From assembly GCA_964234715.1 (NCBI GenBank), contig OZ174290.1: 64,000 nt of DNA, one strand, 5' to 3'. This DNA is from Podarcis melisellensis (lineage: Eukaryota). The first letter of the stretch is position 1. The number at the start of each line of letters is the position of its first letter. A program made the position numbers and the translations under genes. Below, piece after piece: positions 24,691 through 37,590 of this stretch. The notes under the pieces are model-generated. The model was not told the origin of the DNA. It made no database searches and worked only from the letters and a program-made list of their open reading frames with translations.

Positions 24691-27129
24691 CTGTATGTTC
24701 AAAATCTCAAGTTACCCTTAGATTGGTGCAGCTTTTTGTGAACTTAGGAGACTGCACTGGATGCAGGCTGATTTATCTCCTTGCATAGAGTTCACCAGCG
24801 TGTCCTTAAGCATGAATGTATTAACACATTTTTTTAAAATAGAAAAGATACGTAACTGTTCCAATTAATAAGTAGTGTGTGCTGTCATTAACTCCCCGTT
24901 GACATGCTGAGTAACTAGAGATTTTAAACTACTTTAAAAAGAAAATTAAGAGACGAGAGTTGAACCATTTCTTTAAAGACACAGTCTTGTAACCTCTAGA
25001 AATTCTTTTTTTAAAAAATAAATAAATCATGGCATTACAGAAGGCGCTGTTCCTGCTATGGAGGTAGGTGGGGGGAATTTCCGAAAGGCGGCGCTTTGTC
25101 CTGGATCTTAGGCAAGTCAATCCAAAAAATGCATTTGACTTTTTGAAATATGACAACCCTAAGGTAGGGCTTCAGTATATTGGCAGCTTCACAATATATC
25201 CTGCCTTCCCATCAAATTATTTTACAAGGTGACTTACTTCAAAACAAAAAGAATTACATTAAAGCTACCCTACAGAGAAGATCATAGCTTGGTGATAGGT
25301 TCAAATCCCCAGTTCAAAACCTGACATCTTCAGTTTAAAGGAATCGGTAGCGAGAGATGGGAAAGTCTAGAAAGCAAACAAAGTGTGAGGAAGTCGCTTT
25401 TTGACAATTTAGCTTGATGAAGAGTTCTGGAGAGCTTGAAAGCTTGCACACTATTGCGTGACACTTGTGCCGGCCTAATAAAGGCATTGCCCTAATATGA
25501 CTTTTAAAGCATGCAGTTGTGTAGGAAAGAAGTGTGTACCCTGTCCCTGCTATACACTGACAGGGTTGGCATCAAGGACTGGCATTGCTAGGCATCTGCT
25601 GAGGCTGACATACTAGCCAGGAGCTCACTGCTGACCCCCAGATCCTGCTTGTCTCCCTCTTTGCTGATCCCTGCCTGTTTGCCTGCCCTCTGCAAACACA
25701 CAAATAGTGGCAAGAGTGAAAAGGTGTGGAAATGCATCACTTGCCTTGCCTTCTTATTTGGGGCAGTGGTGCAGATTAGACCCAGAGAGAGAGGGCATGC
25801 CATTTGGTGCTAGTGGCAAAAGCACAAGGATAGGGGCCCATAGAGAGCATCTTGCCCAAAGGCCCCCAATAATCTGGAGCTGGCTCTGCACATTGAAGAA
25901 GATAGTGCAGACAAGGTGTTGATCACAACTTTAGAACCAAGGACTTTGAACTGAAATAATTAATATAGCAGTCACTGCTAATCATCAACTGGGTCAGGCT
26001 TCAGGTAAAGATTGGGGGAGTTCAACACTTGCTAGGTATTTGAGGCTTCTGTTGAAAGATCTGGATTCTGAATCTGGCTTCCATATGGATCCCATTGCCA
26101 CTGGCATTTTTTAAAATTTTTACTCTTTTATGTTTGGTATCTGTCTTTATTAACATTCTCCATGTTTTCTGTATGTTCTCAATGAGTGTTCTTGCTGCGT
26201 TTTGCTTTGTATAAGACTGTTTATCGGTTGCCCAGAGCGTAGGCACAATGGGAGCCCGTTCACCTCAAGGTACCATCTCAGCTGTCCTGCCGCTTCAGCT
26301 CCCGGTGTTAAGCAGCTGTTTCCCTTTGAATGTGTGAACTTCCACAGTGTGTTTCCATGGAGACTTGTTCTAACTGAATGTGTGACCCATTCCTGCTGCT
26401 TGCCTGTCCCCACCATAGAGCTGCCGTCCCTGCTCCCTTTTGGGCATGGATCTCCCAGTCTTGTTTGTTTCCGCAGGTCCTTTTACCTTTAATCTTGGAA
26501 ACTGCTGCCTGTGTCAAGAGGAATTGGCTGTTATGGTTGCCTGTTGCCAGCCAGTTCTGTGTTCAAGCATCAGATTCTGCCACATACGCATACCCTCCAC
26601 AAAGCCTTCTGGTGGAGCACCCAGCCTTGATTAGCAACACAGTGCGGTAATTGCTGGAAATTATTTATTTAGGCCTGTAGAGTCGCATTTGCAATTTCAT
26701 GTTTTTCCAGTATATTTTACAAAGATGGAAATGAATGCTCATGCTGTGAAGAAGCACATGCTGTACTGTGTGACTAGCTATTCAGCTGGCTTTGTTTGCC
26801 TCTGATAGTGTTGCTAAGATGACAAACAGTATTTGAAGGCATTATTGAACTCCACTCTTCAGCCCAAAGGGCTCCCAGAGCAGCTTACAGAAGATCAGTA
26901 ACAAATAAGGCAGTCCCTGCTTTTGGGCTCGCCATTGAAAGTATAGGACACAAAGGAAAAAAGGTTGAGGAAGGAAGAGGAAAATGAGTAAACTCAGTGA
27001 CCAGCTTAGAATGCCAGCAGTTCAGGGAGAGAAGGAGCCAAATGCAGCTGGTCTCTCTGATGAAATGGCCCTGCTTCTTTCTCTCCCTCTGCTGCTGGAG
27101 GAGGAAACTGGTGAAGCTGGTCTTTCAAC

Positions 27130-27133
<4 letters not shown>

Positions 27134-27171
<38 letters not shown>
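27134..27171. repeat. (GA)n microsatellite
   Basis: Direct inspection. Similar (CT)n tracts at about 15567-15597 and 36175-36213. Confidence 0.95.
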
Positions 27172-29399
27172 CCCTGTGCTTCCCATTTCACCCTCTGCAG
27201 CAGTACATCATCTTCCCTATGAGGTTTATCAGGAATTAGATAGACAGCTGTGTGGCCTGTATAATGTTGTTTTATGCACTTTCCCCCAACATGGTTATTA
27301 ACCCCTGTGTTCAAAAATATCATGTGCAATGGCCCTGTGATCCCCCCCACCTCGAAAAGTACATTCATACCTGCCAGTAGAATAATAGCCTTGACACTGA
27401 ATTTCCACAAGGCTTTCCAAGGCTCTGATTTCTGCTCTGGTTGCAATTGTTTGTGCCCCCACCCCTCCGCAATCCTCTGCTCTGCTATCCAAGAACGAAG
27501 CTTTTTGATTTTTTTTGTTAATTCTACTATTTTATTTTGGTATACCATAACATATACTTATTTGTTTTCCTCTTTCTCTCCCTCACCCGTTCTTGCTCGG
27601 TCCCCCTCCCCCTCCTGTATTCAAAGCAAAATGTTCCTCCTTTGGCTCTGCCGCTGTGCTAATAAGTGTCCTGGATGGCATGATGGGATTAGCATACAGC
27701 TGGGTTAATAGAGGACACTCTGAGCCACTGCAATGCAGGTAGACTGGAGCATGCTCAGTTGCACTGCTCCACTCCTCAGCCAGCAAGAACACAGCTCTGT
27801 ATGTTTGACTGACAGCACCAAGCCTTGGAAGAGTTGCCTGTGTCTGCCTTGTGCTGAGCAGCTATTGGTTCTAGAGCCTGCCTATCAGCCATCTGACCCA
27901 TGTGCTACTGGACTTTTAATTTGTTTGTGCTGCTTGGGGGTTCCCTGGACTAGAGCCAGACTCTCTCTTCCTGTTGTGTGTGTGTGAGAGAGGGGGGGGA
28001 GGGCAGTGAAGGCAGGGCAGGGTTTGGGGATTTCTCTTTCATCTCCTTATTGCTTTCTAGCGTTTGGGAGAACAAGTGGAGGGGCTGTGCAGTTGAAATT
28101 CTTGCTACAGTACTTTGGAATATTTGCGGTACCCACAAAGGATAGCTGGGAGATGATCCCCTGGCAGATATTCGCAGAAGAGAACAACTGATACAGCTGA
28201 GATAATCTTTTGCAAGGGGATAATCTTGGTATAGCATCAAATAATTGATCTGAGTTCCTGACTGAACCCAGCTGGCTACAGAATGAATGGGGTAGTCAAA
28301 CCAGCCCAGTGTCATGGAAGAGATTAAAATGATGCCATCCCTACTTGACACTGGACACATTCCTGTTGTTTTCAGGGACTGTGCCATCACCAGGAAATTA
28401 GGTTGGGGGCTGACTTTGCTAATGGGGGAGCCTTGGCTCTTGGGTTAGTGGTTACTCCCCTACCCCAGCAAAAATGGTGCAAGCTCTTGACTCTGCCCAT
28501 AATGTTCTGCTTCATTCCTGATAGATAAGCAGATATCGCCAGTAGCATTCATTTATTCCAGGACAGCTTTCTGTGAGATCCAAAAGTGCCTAATTTTGTT
28601 GACTTCGTGACAGCTGAAGCGGAGGCTCAGGGACCAAGTAGGGATGCTGCAACCCGTCCAAACTGAGTGCTTGGGTTGTTGCCCTTTGTTTAAAAAAATT
28701 CCGGCACCTAAGATTGAATTCCCTAATCCTCCAAGTGGAAATACTCTTCCCACACACTCAAAAGGTACTACTACCCCTGACCATGCGTGCAAAGTCTCTC
28801 TTCAGTGAAAATCATGTTTCTTCTCCTGCTGACCTATGTTGTGGAATCTGTGTCCTGTGCTTTAGCTTGCCTGTCTATGATGGCAGTTGCCCGACAGATG
28901 TTGCACTGCCTGAGAAGTGGTAAGGGGTTAGGTGGTAGATAGTCACTCAACTGAAAGGAATTGCTTTGGGATCTGCTGTGAGCTGGTTGGTTTACCTGCA
29001 AAGTGGCTGGGAGATCAACATGCATGCCTGCAGTTTGACCACACACACTCTGTAAATTGGTGCCAGCCATTTCCATAATTTTTTTAAGGGGTGCAACTTC
29101 TTGTAGTGGTGCAATGTGAATATGTTTGCATTCACAACACGCAGCTTTTATAGCATGCAAGCACCCCCCCCCCAAGTTTCATCTTGGTATACAGTCATCC
29201 AAAATATTAGCTAGAACAGAACAGGTCACCTGGAATTGTTTCTGGATTTGCAACCTCCACTTCTGACAGCTGGTCAGGAAGGCAATGGTCTGGTTGTGCC
29301 AATAGAATTATGCTTGGCAACCTCCAAGCCAGGGGGAAAATGTCATTTGAGCAAAAAAAATGTGGTGTTGATAAAGTATGGTATAGATTAGATTTTCTG

Positions 29400-30050
29400 C
29401 TACAGTTCCTGGATCACAACATCCTGACCACAGTGGCCCATGCATTGGTAGCAAGACTCGATTACTGCAGCACACTTTATTTGAGGCTGCCCATGTATCT
29501 GGTCTGGAAGCTGCAACTAATGTGGAAGTGGCTAGACTTCTCCCAGGAGCATATTATTAAACAATAAGTTCCCCAGCTGCTGGAAGAGTTGCATTTATTG
29601 CCAGTTTGCTACTGGGCCAAGTTCAGGGTACTTGTGTTAATTCAAAAGTCTTAAATAACTTTGGACGAAAGGACTGTCTGATTCCTTATGCTCCACCTTG
29701 ATCACTGAGATCCTCTGCTGGGGAACTTTTGGTGTTTCCCCACTTGAGATTTGGTTGGCCTTCACCAGGGACCAAGCCTTTTGTGGGGCAGCCCTTCACC
29801 ACAGAACTCCCTACTAGTAGAGGTTTGCCAAGAAGAATACTTGACTTCTTCTAGATGTCTTCTGAAAACCGTGTTGTTTAGATGGGCCATCACAATAGGA
29901 AGTTTTCTTTTTCACCACTCAGTGTCTACTGATGTTTTATTTATATGTTTTATGGATGCCTTTTCTGATTTTACTATACTGTGTATGTTGTATACCGTCT
30001 TGATATATCTTATGAAGGAACAGTTTATAAATATTTGAATGGATGAATGA
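29400..30050 (+). mobile_element. Old L2 LINE fragment
   Basis: LTTVAHALVARLDYCSTLYLRLP...KLQL followed by decayed LHLLPV and C-terminal motifs. Confidence 0.8.
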
Positions 30051-30914
30051 ATAACGTTCTACACCATATCTGCATTACAAGCTGCAGTTCCAATAGTTTG
30101 GACATTTGAGAGAACTAAGGTTAGTTTAAAATAGAAAGTGACTCCTTATGGGTATGAAAGAGGAGAAGAGAGAGGAGCATATAAGCTTGAGGTCTGTCAT
30201 TTGTTGTTCTTGAAGCAGGAACTGTAGTATTCTGTTTTGTTGGAACTAGAGTTTGTTTCAAATAAGGTCTCATAGATTGCTTTTTTTAAAGCTTATTTTT
30301 ATTCACCATGTAGGGATGAACAGACCAGTTTATTTCAGTCTATGTCAGTTTTGCATGTATTCATCCATAAGTCCATTTTGTCCCATTCTTGTATCAGTCT
30401 GTGGATTTTTTAAACAGACACCCAAATGTTCACAAAACACACATTTTCTTCCGCATTTTACAAGCAATATTCATTTGCACACGTTTTAGTATGCATTTTA
30501 ATGTGTGTTTTGAGCTGAAACAAAGGAGAATTGTGTTCTGATCTGTATGTTAGTGTTTGAAGTGCAAGTTAAGTTCAGTTCACTTAAAAATGTAGACCAA
30601 ACAAATACCCTAAGCATCCCTACTTCCAAGATACAATTTCAATCTCTATAAATGTCCTACATATCTTGTGCCTACATGCAGGTCATTGAACTTCGTTGTG
30701 TTGAGACATGTGTTCCTGAAGTTTAACCCATCATTTTACTATGCACTCTGGATAATTCCATGTAACTCTCTGGTTCTTTCCATTAATTCCCATGATATCA
30801 CTGGCCAAAGCTGTTGGCCTTTTGGGCAAAGTTGTTGAGCTCCCCCCACCCCCAATAAGTCTTTAGGCTTTCTTTTCTCTCTCCCCCCCCCCAGCATTTT
30901 TCTATTTAAAGTAC

Positions 30915-31040
30915 CCTAGTTGCCATACATTCGGGTCTTCCCAGACATTTTGTCAATTTAGTGAAAATCTGCCCGGACGCCATCTTTGACAGTCCAGTTC
31001 CTGGACATGTCTGGGAAAACCCGGACGTATGGCAGCCCTA
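30915..31040. mobile_element. Decayed hAT-like MITE (TAGGG.TGCCA-type termini)
   Basis: TAGTTGCCATACATTCGGG...CCCGGACGTATGGCAGCCCTA inverted ends. Confidence 0.55.
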
Positions 31041-32218
31041 GCTTTCTGCAAGATCACCAAGGAGCATTCAGCCTAAAGTCAATACTTTAGCCTCATGAGC
31101 GATATCCCATTTTCAGATAATAAATACAACCCACCCCCTGAAAAATAGGTTCTGGTACTCATCATGAAATTGTTACAGCAAGTGTCACATTTTTTAACCC
31201 CCACCCCACAAAAAGAGGTACCAGTACTGTGTACCCTGAAGTACCCCCTGAAAAAAGCCCTGAGTACAATGGAACTACAGAATTGTGGAACTGGTGACTG
31301 TTTTTTTTGTGGCACTGGCACGTCCAAGTGAAAGTTTTCTCCTGAGACTGATTTAGCACTGTATTGCTAAACTTGAAGGGTGGTAGCATTTGCCAAGGAA
31401 ATGGTGCCAGCTATTTCAGGGCTTTTGTGCTAGAGTTGTTATTTTGGACTGCATCACCCTGCTGATCCTGCTAGACCATGGTGTTCGGATGAACACAAAC
31501 CAGCACAGTGATTGATACAGACCATTCGTGGGTTTTGCATGTCATAAGCATGTATTGCATGCTCAAAGAAGAAGAAGTCTTCTTCTCAAAGAAGTCTTGA
31601 TCTGGAAGCATAATTAGAAACGTTCATTGCTCTGAAAGTTGAGTAGTGATAAAGGAAAGCCATTATTCATGTATGCAAGACCATAGTTCTATGACTGGCA
31701 TTTATACATTAGTCTTGTAAAGGTTATTTGATCCCCTTCACAGCAAGCTGGCTTACCATCTTTACAGTAATTCCACGACTCCTTTAAAATGACTGTCACA
31801 CTGTTCTTTCTAGACACAAGATTTTTCCAGGATACAAGATACCTGTAACAGCAGCCAAAGTTCTCACATAGCTCATTTAAAACACCTTCATGCAAATAAT
31901 TGAATGAATCAATGTTTTATAAGAATCCATTTGCTCATTATATATTTCAAATGTATGTATCTAGTTTCTTGGTTCATTTATTGATTAGAACTCTTTTTAT
32001 TTGTTCATCTTAAACACAATTGCATAATGTTCCCCTGCATTCTGTCAGTTGCCTTTATTGCTTAGCAATAAATATCTTGGTAAGAGTGAAATCTCACAGT
32101 GCCATGTGCACAAATAGGGTTTTTGTTTGGTTTGTCATGTGCCAGTTTAGAGCATCCAATCCCTGATGCACTCTAATCCAAGCCAAATGCACCCTAAGCT
32201 GAACCCATACATGAAATA

Positions 32219-32477
32219 CCGTATTTTTTGCTCTATAAGACTCACTTTTTCCCTCCTAAAAAGTAAAGGGAAATGTGTGTGCGTCTTATGGAGCGAATGC
32301 AGGCTGTGCAGCAATCCCAGAAGCCAGAACAGCAAGAGGGATTGCATCTTTCACTGCGCAGCGATCCCTCTTGCTGTTCTGGCTTCTGAGATTCAGAATA
32401 TTTTTTTTCTTGTTTTCCTCCTCCAAAAACTAGGTGCGTCTTGTGGTCTGGTGCGTCTTATAGAGCGAAAAATATGG
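32219..32477 (+). mobile_element. Tc2-like MITE, copy 3
   Basis: Near-identical to 6038-6296, with TA flanks. Confidence 0.92.
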
Positions 32478-34294
32478 TATGTGTATGACACAGAGATATG
32501 TGTATGTCACAGAGCAATCGTGCAAATGCTTCCTTGTTGCAGTTACAGCATTCAGAAATGTAATATCTTTCTTTTGGTTTCTTCCAGTTTGATGCTAACA
32601 CACATTTTTTCTGATAACTGTTGCAGTGTTTGGACATATATTGCAATCTCAACTAAAGAAGAACATATCTGATGTTCTACTACTTCATAACATTTGCTTT
32701 TTTAAAAAAATAGTTGTGTATGTATAAGGCTAAAAGCTTCCTTCCCCCAGCAAAAGTTGATAGATCCACTCAACATAGAACGTGAACTGCCCTGAGATCT
32801 ACCCTAAAGGGCAGCATATAAAATTAATAAATTAACAGCAGCAACAACAGACACAGACATCAGCTACCTCACCAGAGGTGTCCCTAGGTAGCTGTTAGAA
32901 TGCTATCCATACCATATATTTAAAGCACTTGGCTTTCCACAAAGAATCATGGGAACTGTAGCTTATTCCTCACATAGCTACAATTCCCAGCACCCTTCAC
33001 AAGTTACAAATCCCAGATTTCTTTAGGGGAAATCACTTGCTTTAAATATGTGGGGTGGATGTGACCATAGAAACGTTTTTAAAAAATCAGAAACAAATTA
33101 TCGCCCGATGCCTCTTGATGATGGGCTGTGTGTATCCTATTCTTTGCATGGCTTCTCTCTGTGCTGCACATTAACAGCTGTATTGATTTTTTTTTTTTAA
33201 TGGTTAATAGACAACTGGGGGTGATTAGCTCTGGAGGCAGTGTTAGTATTAAAGATCTAAAAACTATTGTCCAGAAAAACACCAGCTAATCTCCTCCCAT
33301 GTGTCTAATGATTCTCTGTCGGGCAGAATCATTACATAAGATTTAGGTGTTGAATTGTCCTACATTAATAGGTAAGCTAGTGTGCAGAAATGAGGAACAT
33401 GTAGCCCTCCTTATAGTGATGGACCCCAACTCCAACCAGCATGATCCGTGGCCACAGATGATGGACGTTGTATTCCAGTGACAGCTGGAGGACCACAAGC
33501 TTCTCACCCTTGCTGTTGCATGTTTCACATGATTTACATTACATGGCCATTATTTTTTAGTGAGCCAATTTGCCTCAGCTCCTGCTTCCTAACCCACAAA
33601 GGTGGCAGCATCAGAATGCATGCAGACAAAGGTCTTGTCAGGTTTGACGGACCCCCGTGTGAGATCCTTGGCTTATCTTCTTCTCTTCTTGGCAGCAGTG
33701 ACATCCCATTTTTTAAAAAAAATCTTTGTTGGGCTATGACACTGCTGTCCTCTTGCCTGATCCTGATCTCTGCAAGTCCTTCTGGTCTTTCACCCTGCTG
33801 TTGCAGACATGGTTTTGGGCCTAGCTGCTAAGGTGGTTGGCCGGAGTAGGCAGGCAGTAAAGCAAAGCTCTCTGTTGGTGTTCAGCACCACGAGCTGTCC
33901 ACCAATCTTGCAATTTACTCAACTTTCCCCAAAGTGACTCAAAAGAGAGTCAGCATGTTTTGCTAATCCAATACCACCCTTAAGATTGTGGGGTCAGTGA
34001 GGGAGCTGGAATGGTGAAAGTGTGGGCTAAAGGAGCTGAATCTGCCCCCCCATATGCACAAAGGTGGCATCAGATTGGATGAGCTCATTGCCACTCTCAT
34101 CACTTTGGGGGAAGTTCAGTAAATTAAAATGGTGGCATGTGGCAGGAGCCTCAGTTGTTGTGGCAGGGCTTCTATTGTGCTATGGCTTTCCTCCACCACC
34201 TGTCTAGTGGTCAGTTGCCTCCGCCACTTCATGCAGCAAGGACCACAGACCTATGCCCCACTGCCACAGCATTACTGATCGCTTTAGAAGATGG

Positions 34295-34715
34295 TGTCAC
34301 GGTCTAGTTTACAGGCAGTCGGAGTCCCGGCTTGGTACGTCGGGACTGGGGTAGAAGTTGGAAAGCAGGAATCAGCAGTCCAGGGTCAGAAGTCCAGGGG
34401 TCAGGAAGCCAAGAGTCCACGAATCAGGAAACCAGGAGTCAGGAAGCCAAGGGTCCAAGAGTCAGGATACCAGGAGTCAGGAAGCCGAAGCACAGCTAGG
34501 TGGGTAGCATGTTGCTGTGGCAAAGAGCCAGAGGGAAATGCTGGTCTTATATACCCCTCCCGGTCCTTGCCACCAGGTGCTACGAGTCTTCTGTCAAGCT
34601 TCACCTGTGCGGTCGCGCCTTGCCCTTCTAGGCCAAACTCAGGAAGGCCCCAGTCCTGCGAGGCCCTACCAGTCACAGGGCCTGGCTCCTGCGTGCACTC
34701 CTGAGAGAAGGAGCC
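34295..34715. mobile_element. Gypsy-type LTR-like fragment
   Basis: Starts TGTCACGG, contains tandem CAGGAGTCAGGAAGCC-like subrepeats and a TTATATA box, and is GC/CpG-richer than its flanks. No far end or TSD found. Confidence 0.5.
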
Positions 34716-34754
34716 CAAGAAGTGTAGAGGTTGACTTGTGAAAAAGCTGGAATC

Positions 34755-34899
34755 TTTATCTGAAGAAGTGTGCATGCACACGAAAGCTTTTACCAAGAAC
34801 AAACTTAGTTGGTCTCTAAGGTGCTACAGGACAATTTTTTTTCTTTTTTTAAAAAATATTTTGGCTGTATCAGACCAGCATGGATAACCACCTGAATCT
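34755..34899 (+). mobile_element. Penelope-like element terminal fragment
   Basis: CTGAAGAAGTGTGCATGCACACGAAAGCT...GTTGGTCTCTAAGGTGCTAC resembles reptile Penelope ends. Confidence 0.7.
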
Positions 34900-36171
34900 G
34901 GAATCATTGATCAACTTACAGCTTAATGTGCTTTTTAAGTCCTCGCAGTTGTAAAATCAGTTCTGCATCATCTACAGTGCAATATTATAAGTTAGTTCAA
35001 GGTATATAAGTCATCTAGTGAGTTGTTGTTAGTAAATCTACTATAGCCCCCCACCCGAGGGATATGTTTTTTTTTAAATGGGCAGCATGAAATTTGAATT
35101 CCCTGTAAGTGACTCCTTAATAGATTTTAATTATATCTTCAGTGCACATTTCTGTTTTGTGTAGAATTGGTTACTCACATTCAATTTTTCTTCATTTTGG
35201 TGCAGCTGTTGCTTGTAGTAAATATGTAGCTACTTCTTCCAGTTGTCCGTATTAGAATTGCATCCTGTGTCCTTCAAGCAAGCATATGGCCTATTCTTGG
35301 AGAAGTGTCCTCTTTCTAGTGATACATCGGTATGATCTGTAACTATATGTGGTTTCTGGCAGTTTCCCTCTGGTGAGAGTCACAGAAGTGAAAACTCCTG
35401 GCAGCAGTTGACCTTGCTACTTTTGTAAGCCTAACGATTGCTGGGGCTGAATTTGTTCAAAGTATGATCTGGAAACATGGGAACAGGGAAGTGGCTGGTG
35501 ACTTTACCTTTTGAACCAGACAATGCTATTTAGAAAAAAAAAAGTGCAAAAGCTTACTAGCCCCAAGTAAAAGTTTACTAGCCATCTGTAGTGTATCTGT
35601 GTACCAGAAGGTAGGTAAAGCAGTAGAACTACCAGACTGCCTGATTGGAAGGAAGTGTAGATAACTGGAATGCTATACTATTTTTGGATTATAATCCATA
35701 CACTACTTTTTCATTGTTGTAAAGTGAAGTGGGTTCACGCTCTTCATCCTGGTACAATTTTTGATGTGCTGTTACTAGGCCTACACAGAATCCTACATAT
35801 TTTTGGAAATGAGACAGGTCATATTTGTAATACAGATTTTTCAAATGAGTACTGCTGGCTAAGTAAATTTCAGCAGGACAGCCTAGGCTAGAGGAGGAGA
35901 ATCATGCTGTTCGCAGAAATTTCCAGGTGTGAAACTACACATTCCAAAATGTACATAAGATGGTTACTATCATTGCCAATTTATTTGTATACCACATTTC
36001 CCACAAGTAAATCTGTGCTTAAATCAGTTCACAATCTAAATACATTTGTACAATAACTATACATTTAATGGCTTATAAGGTCACTGTACTTGATTCTCTC
36101 TTTTATTTAAATGAATACCTTGGATATATTTATAGTCAGAGGTCACATCCCCTGAGCTGGCCCTACTTAGT

Positions 36172-36214
<43 letters not shown>

Positions 36215-36933
36215 GGAATTCCCTTGACTGCCCAAGGGAGATATTAGCCTCAGTTCCTTATATCAAGTTTTCAAGCCTCTTTCAAATAATGCTTGGTTGT
36301 GCAGGCAAACACTTGTACAACCAAGTGCATTGGCAGGGAACCTGGTGGTTACTCATGCTGCTCTACCCAATATGACACCCACTGCTGATGCCATCTTACC
36401 AGTGGAACAGACTTCAGTTGTTCCGCTGTAATAAATCCAAATGACTCCTCTGGTTCCTGGTTCTTCACGCCTGCTTATAAAGGCCAATGTCAGTTTCTTC
36501 GCTGTTTCCTGTCTCTCTCCCCTTTTTAACCTAGTTTAAATTTCCTCAGAGCATCAAGTTCCTAGGCTTTCCCTTGGAGGCGATTGCATAGTCCTCACCA
36601 ACCTTCCTCTCCATTTAGCCTACTTTTCTGATGACTTCCAGTTTCAGCTAATGACTTCAAATTTCACCTTTTTGTGCTACCTCTAAAGCGCTGCCTCTTC
36701 CACCTCTCCTTATCCTGCCTTCCTAAAAAGATCAGTCCCCTTTTTGCTTGCTTCTTTCCCTGCTGCTTAGAGAATACACCCTAAGCACACCTGTGAAGAC
36801 AGATTAAAACAAGGACATGCTTATATCACCCTCATCTCATAGCAAGGTTCACTTCCTGAACTGCTCTACTTCCACCGTTGTTCATTCCTAAATGTACTTT
36901 TCCATCTATGCAGCATTCATGTATTCTGCGAGA

Positions 36934-37073
36934 GCAGCTGTGGCAAACCTTTGGCCCTCCAGATGTTGATGAACTACAACTCCCATCAGGCCCAGCAAGC
37001 ATGGCCAAATGGTCAGGAATGATGGGAGTTGTTGCTCAATAACATCCAGAGGACAAAAGGTTCATCACACTTG
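36934..37073. mobile_element. Palindromic squamate hAT-type MITE (ACTACAACTCCCATCA...TGATGGGAGTTG)
   Basis: Internal inverted symmetry. Related copies at about 240-345, 33400-33512, 38273-38402, 38455-38562, 52160-52250 and 59760-59890. Confidence 0.75.
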
Positions 37074-37309
37074 TATCAGGGCCTGTCTAATGATGTTAAA
37101 AGCCAAACACAGTAGCATCTGGTGTTTAAAAGGTATATTAGAAAAACATAACTGTCTGATTCCCTTTCCCATTTTGTTTTTTCATCGCTGATGTTCCTTT
37201 AGCAGTTTGGTTAGTTTTATGTTGTTACTTTGAGATATGGAAAAATTGTAAACAAAATATTTTTTTTAAAAAGCGTAATGGTTGCTGTACAAGGGATGTT
37301 AAATGTGGG

Positions 37310-37542
37310 ACCTGACATCTTTCCGCAGGGCCTGCAAGACAGAGCTGTTCCACCAGGCCTTTGGTCAGGGCGCAGCTTGACTCCCTCCTCTGGCAATCTG
37401 CACAGAATTTTTGCTTAATGGTTGCCATCAATTTGATTTTAATTAATTCTTATAATGAAATGTTTTTGGAATGTTGGATTATTTGATTGTTGTTAGCCGC
37501 CCTGAGCCCGGCTCCGGCTGGGGAGGGCGGGATATAAATAAA

Positions 37543-37588
<46 letters not shown>
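37310..37588 (+). mobile_element. L2 3' end with (ATT)n tail
   Basis: SFRRACKTELF C-terminus; same family as 48053-48528. Confidence 0.8.

Positions 37589-37590
<2 letters not shown>

Noticed and set aside
34370-34490. Short spaced repeats (CAGGAGTCAGGAAGCC) superficially like an array or CRISPR
   Set aside because: Irregular LTR-type subrepeats without unique spacers, in a vertebrate intron.
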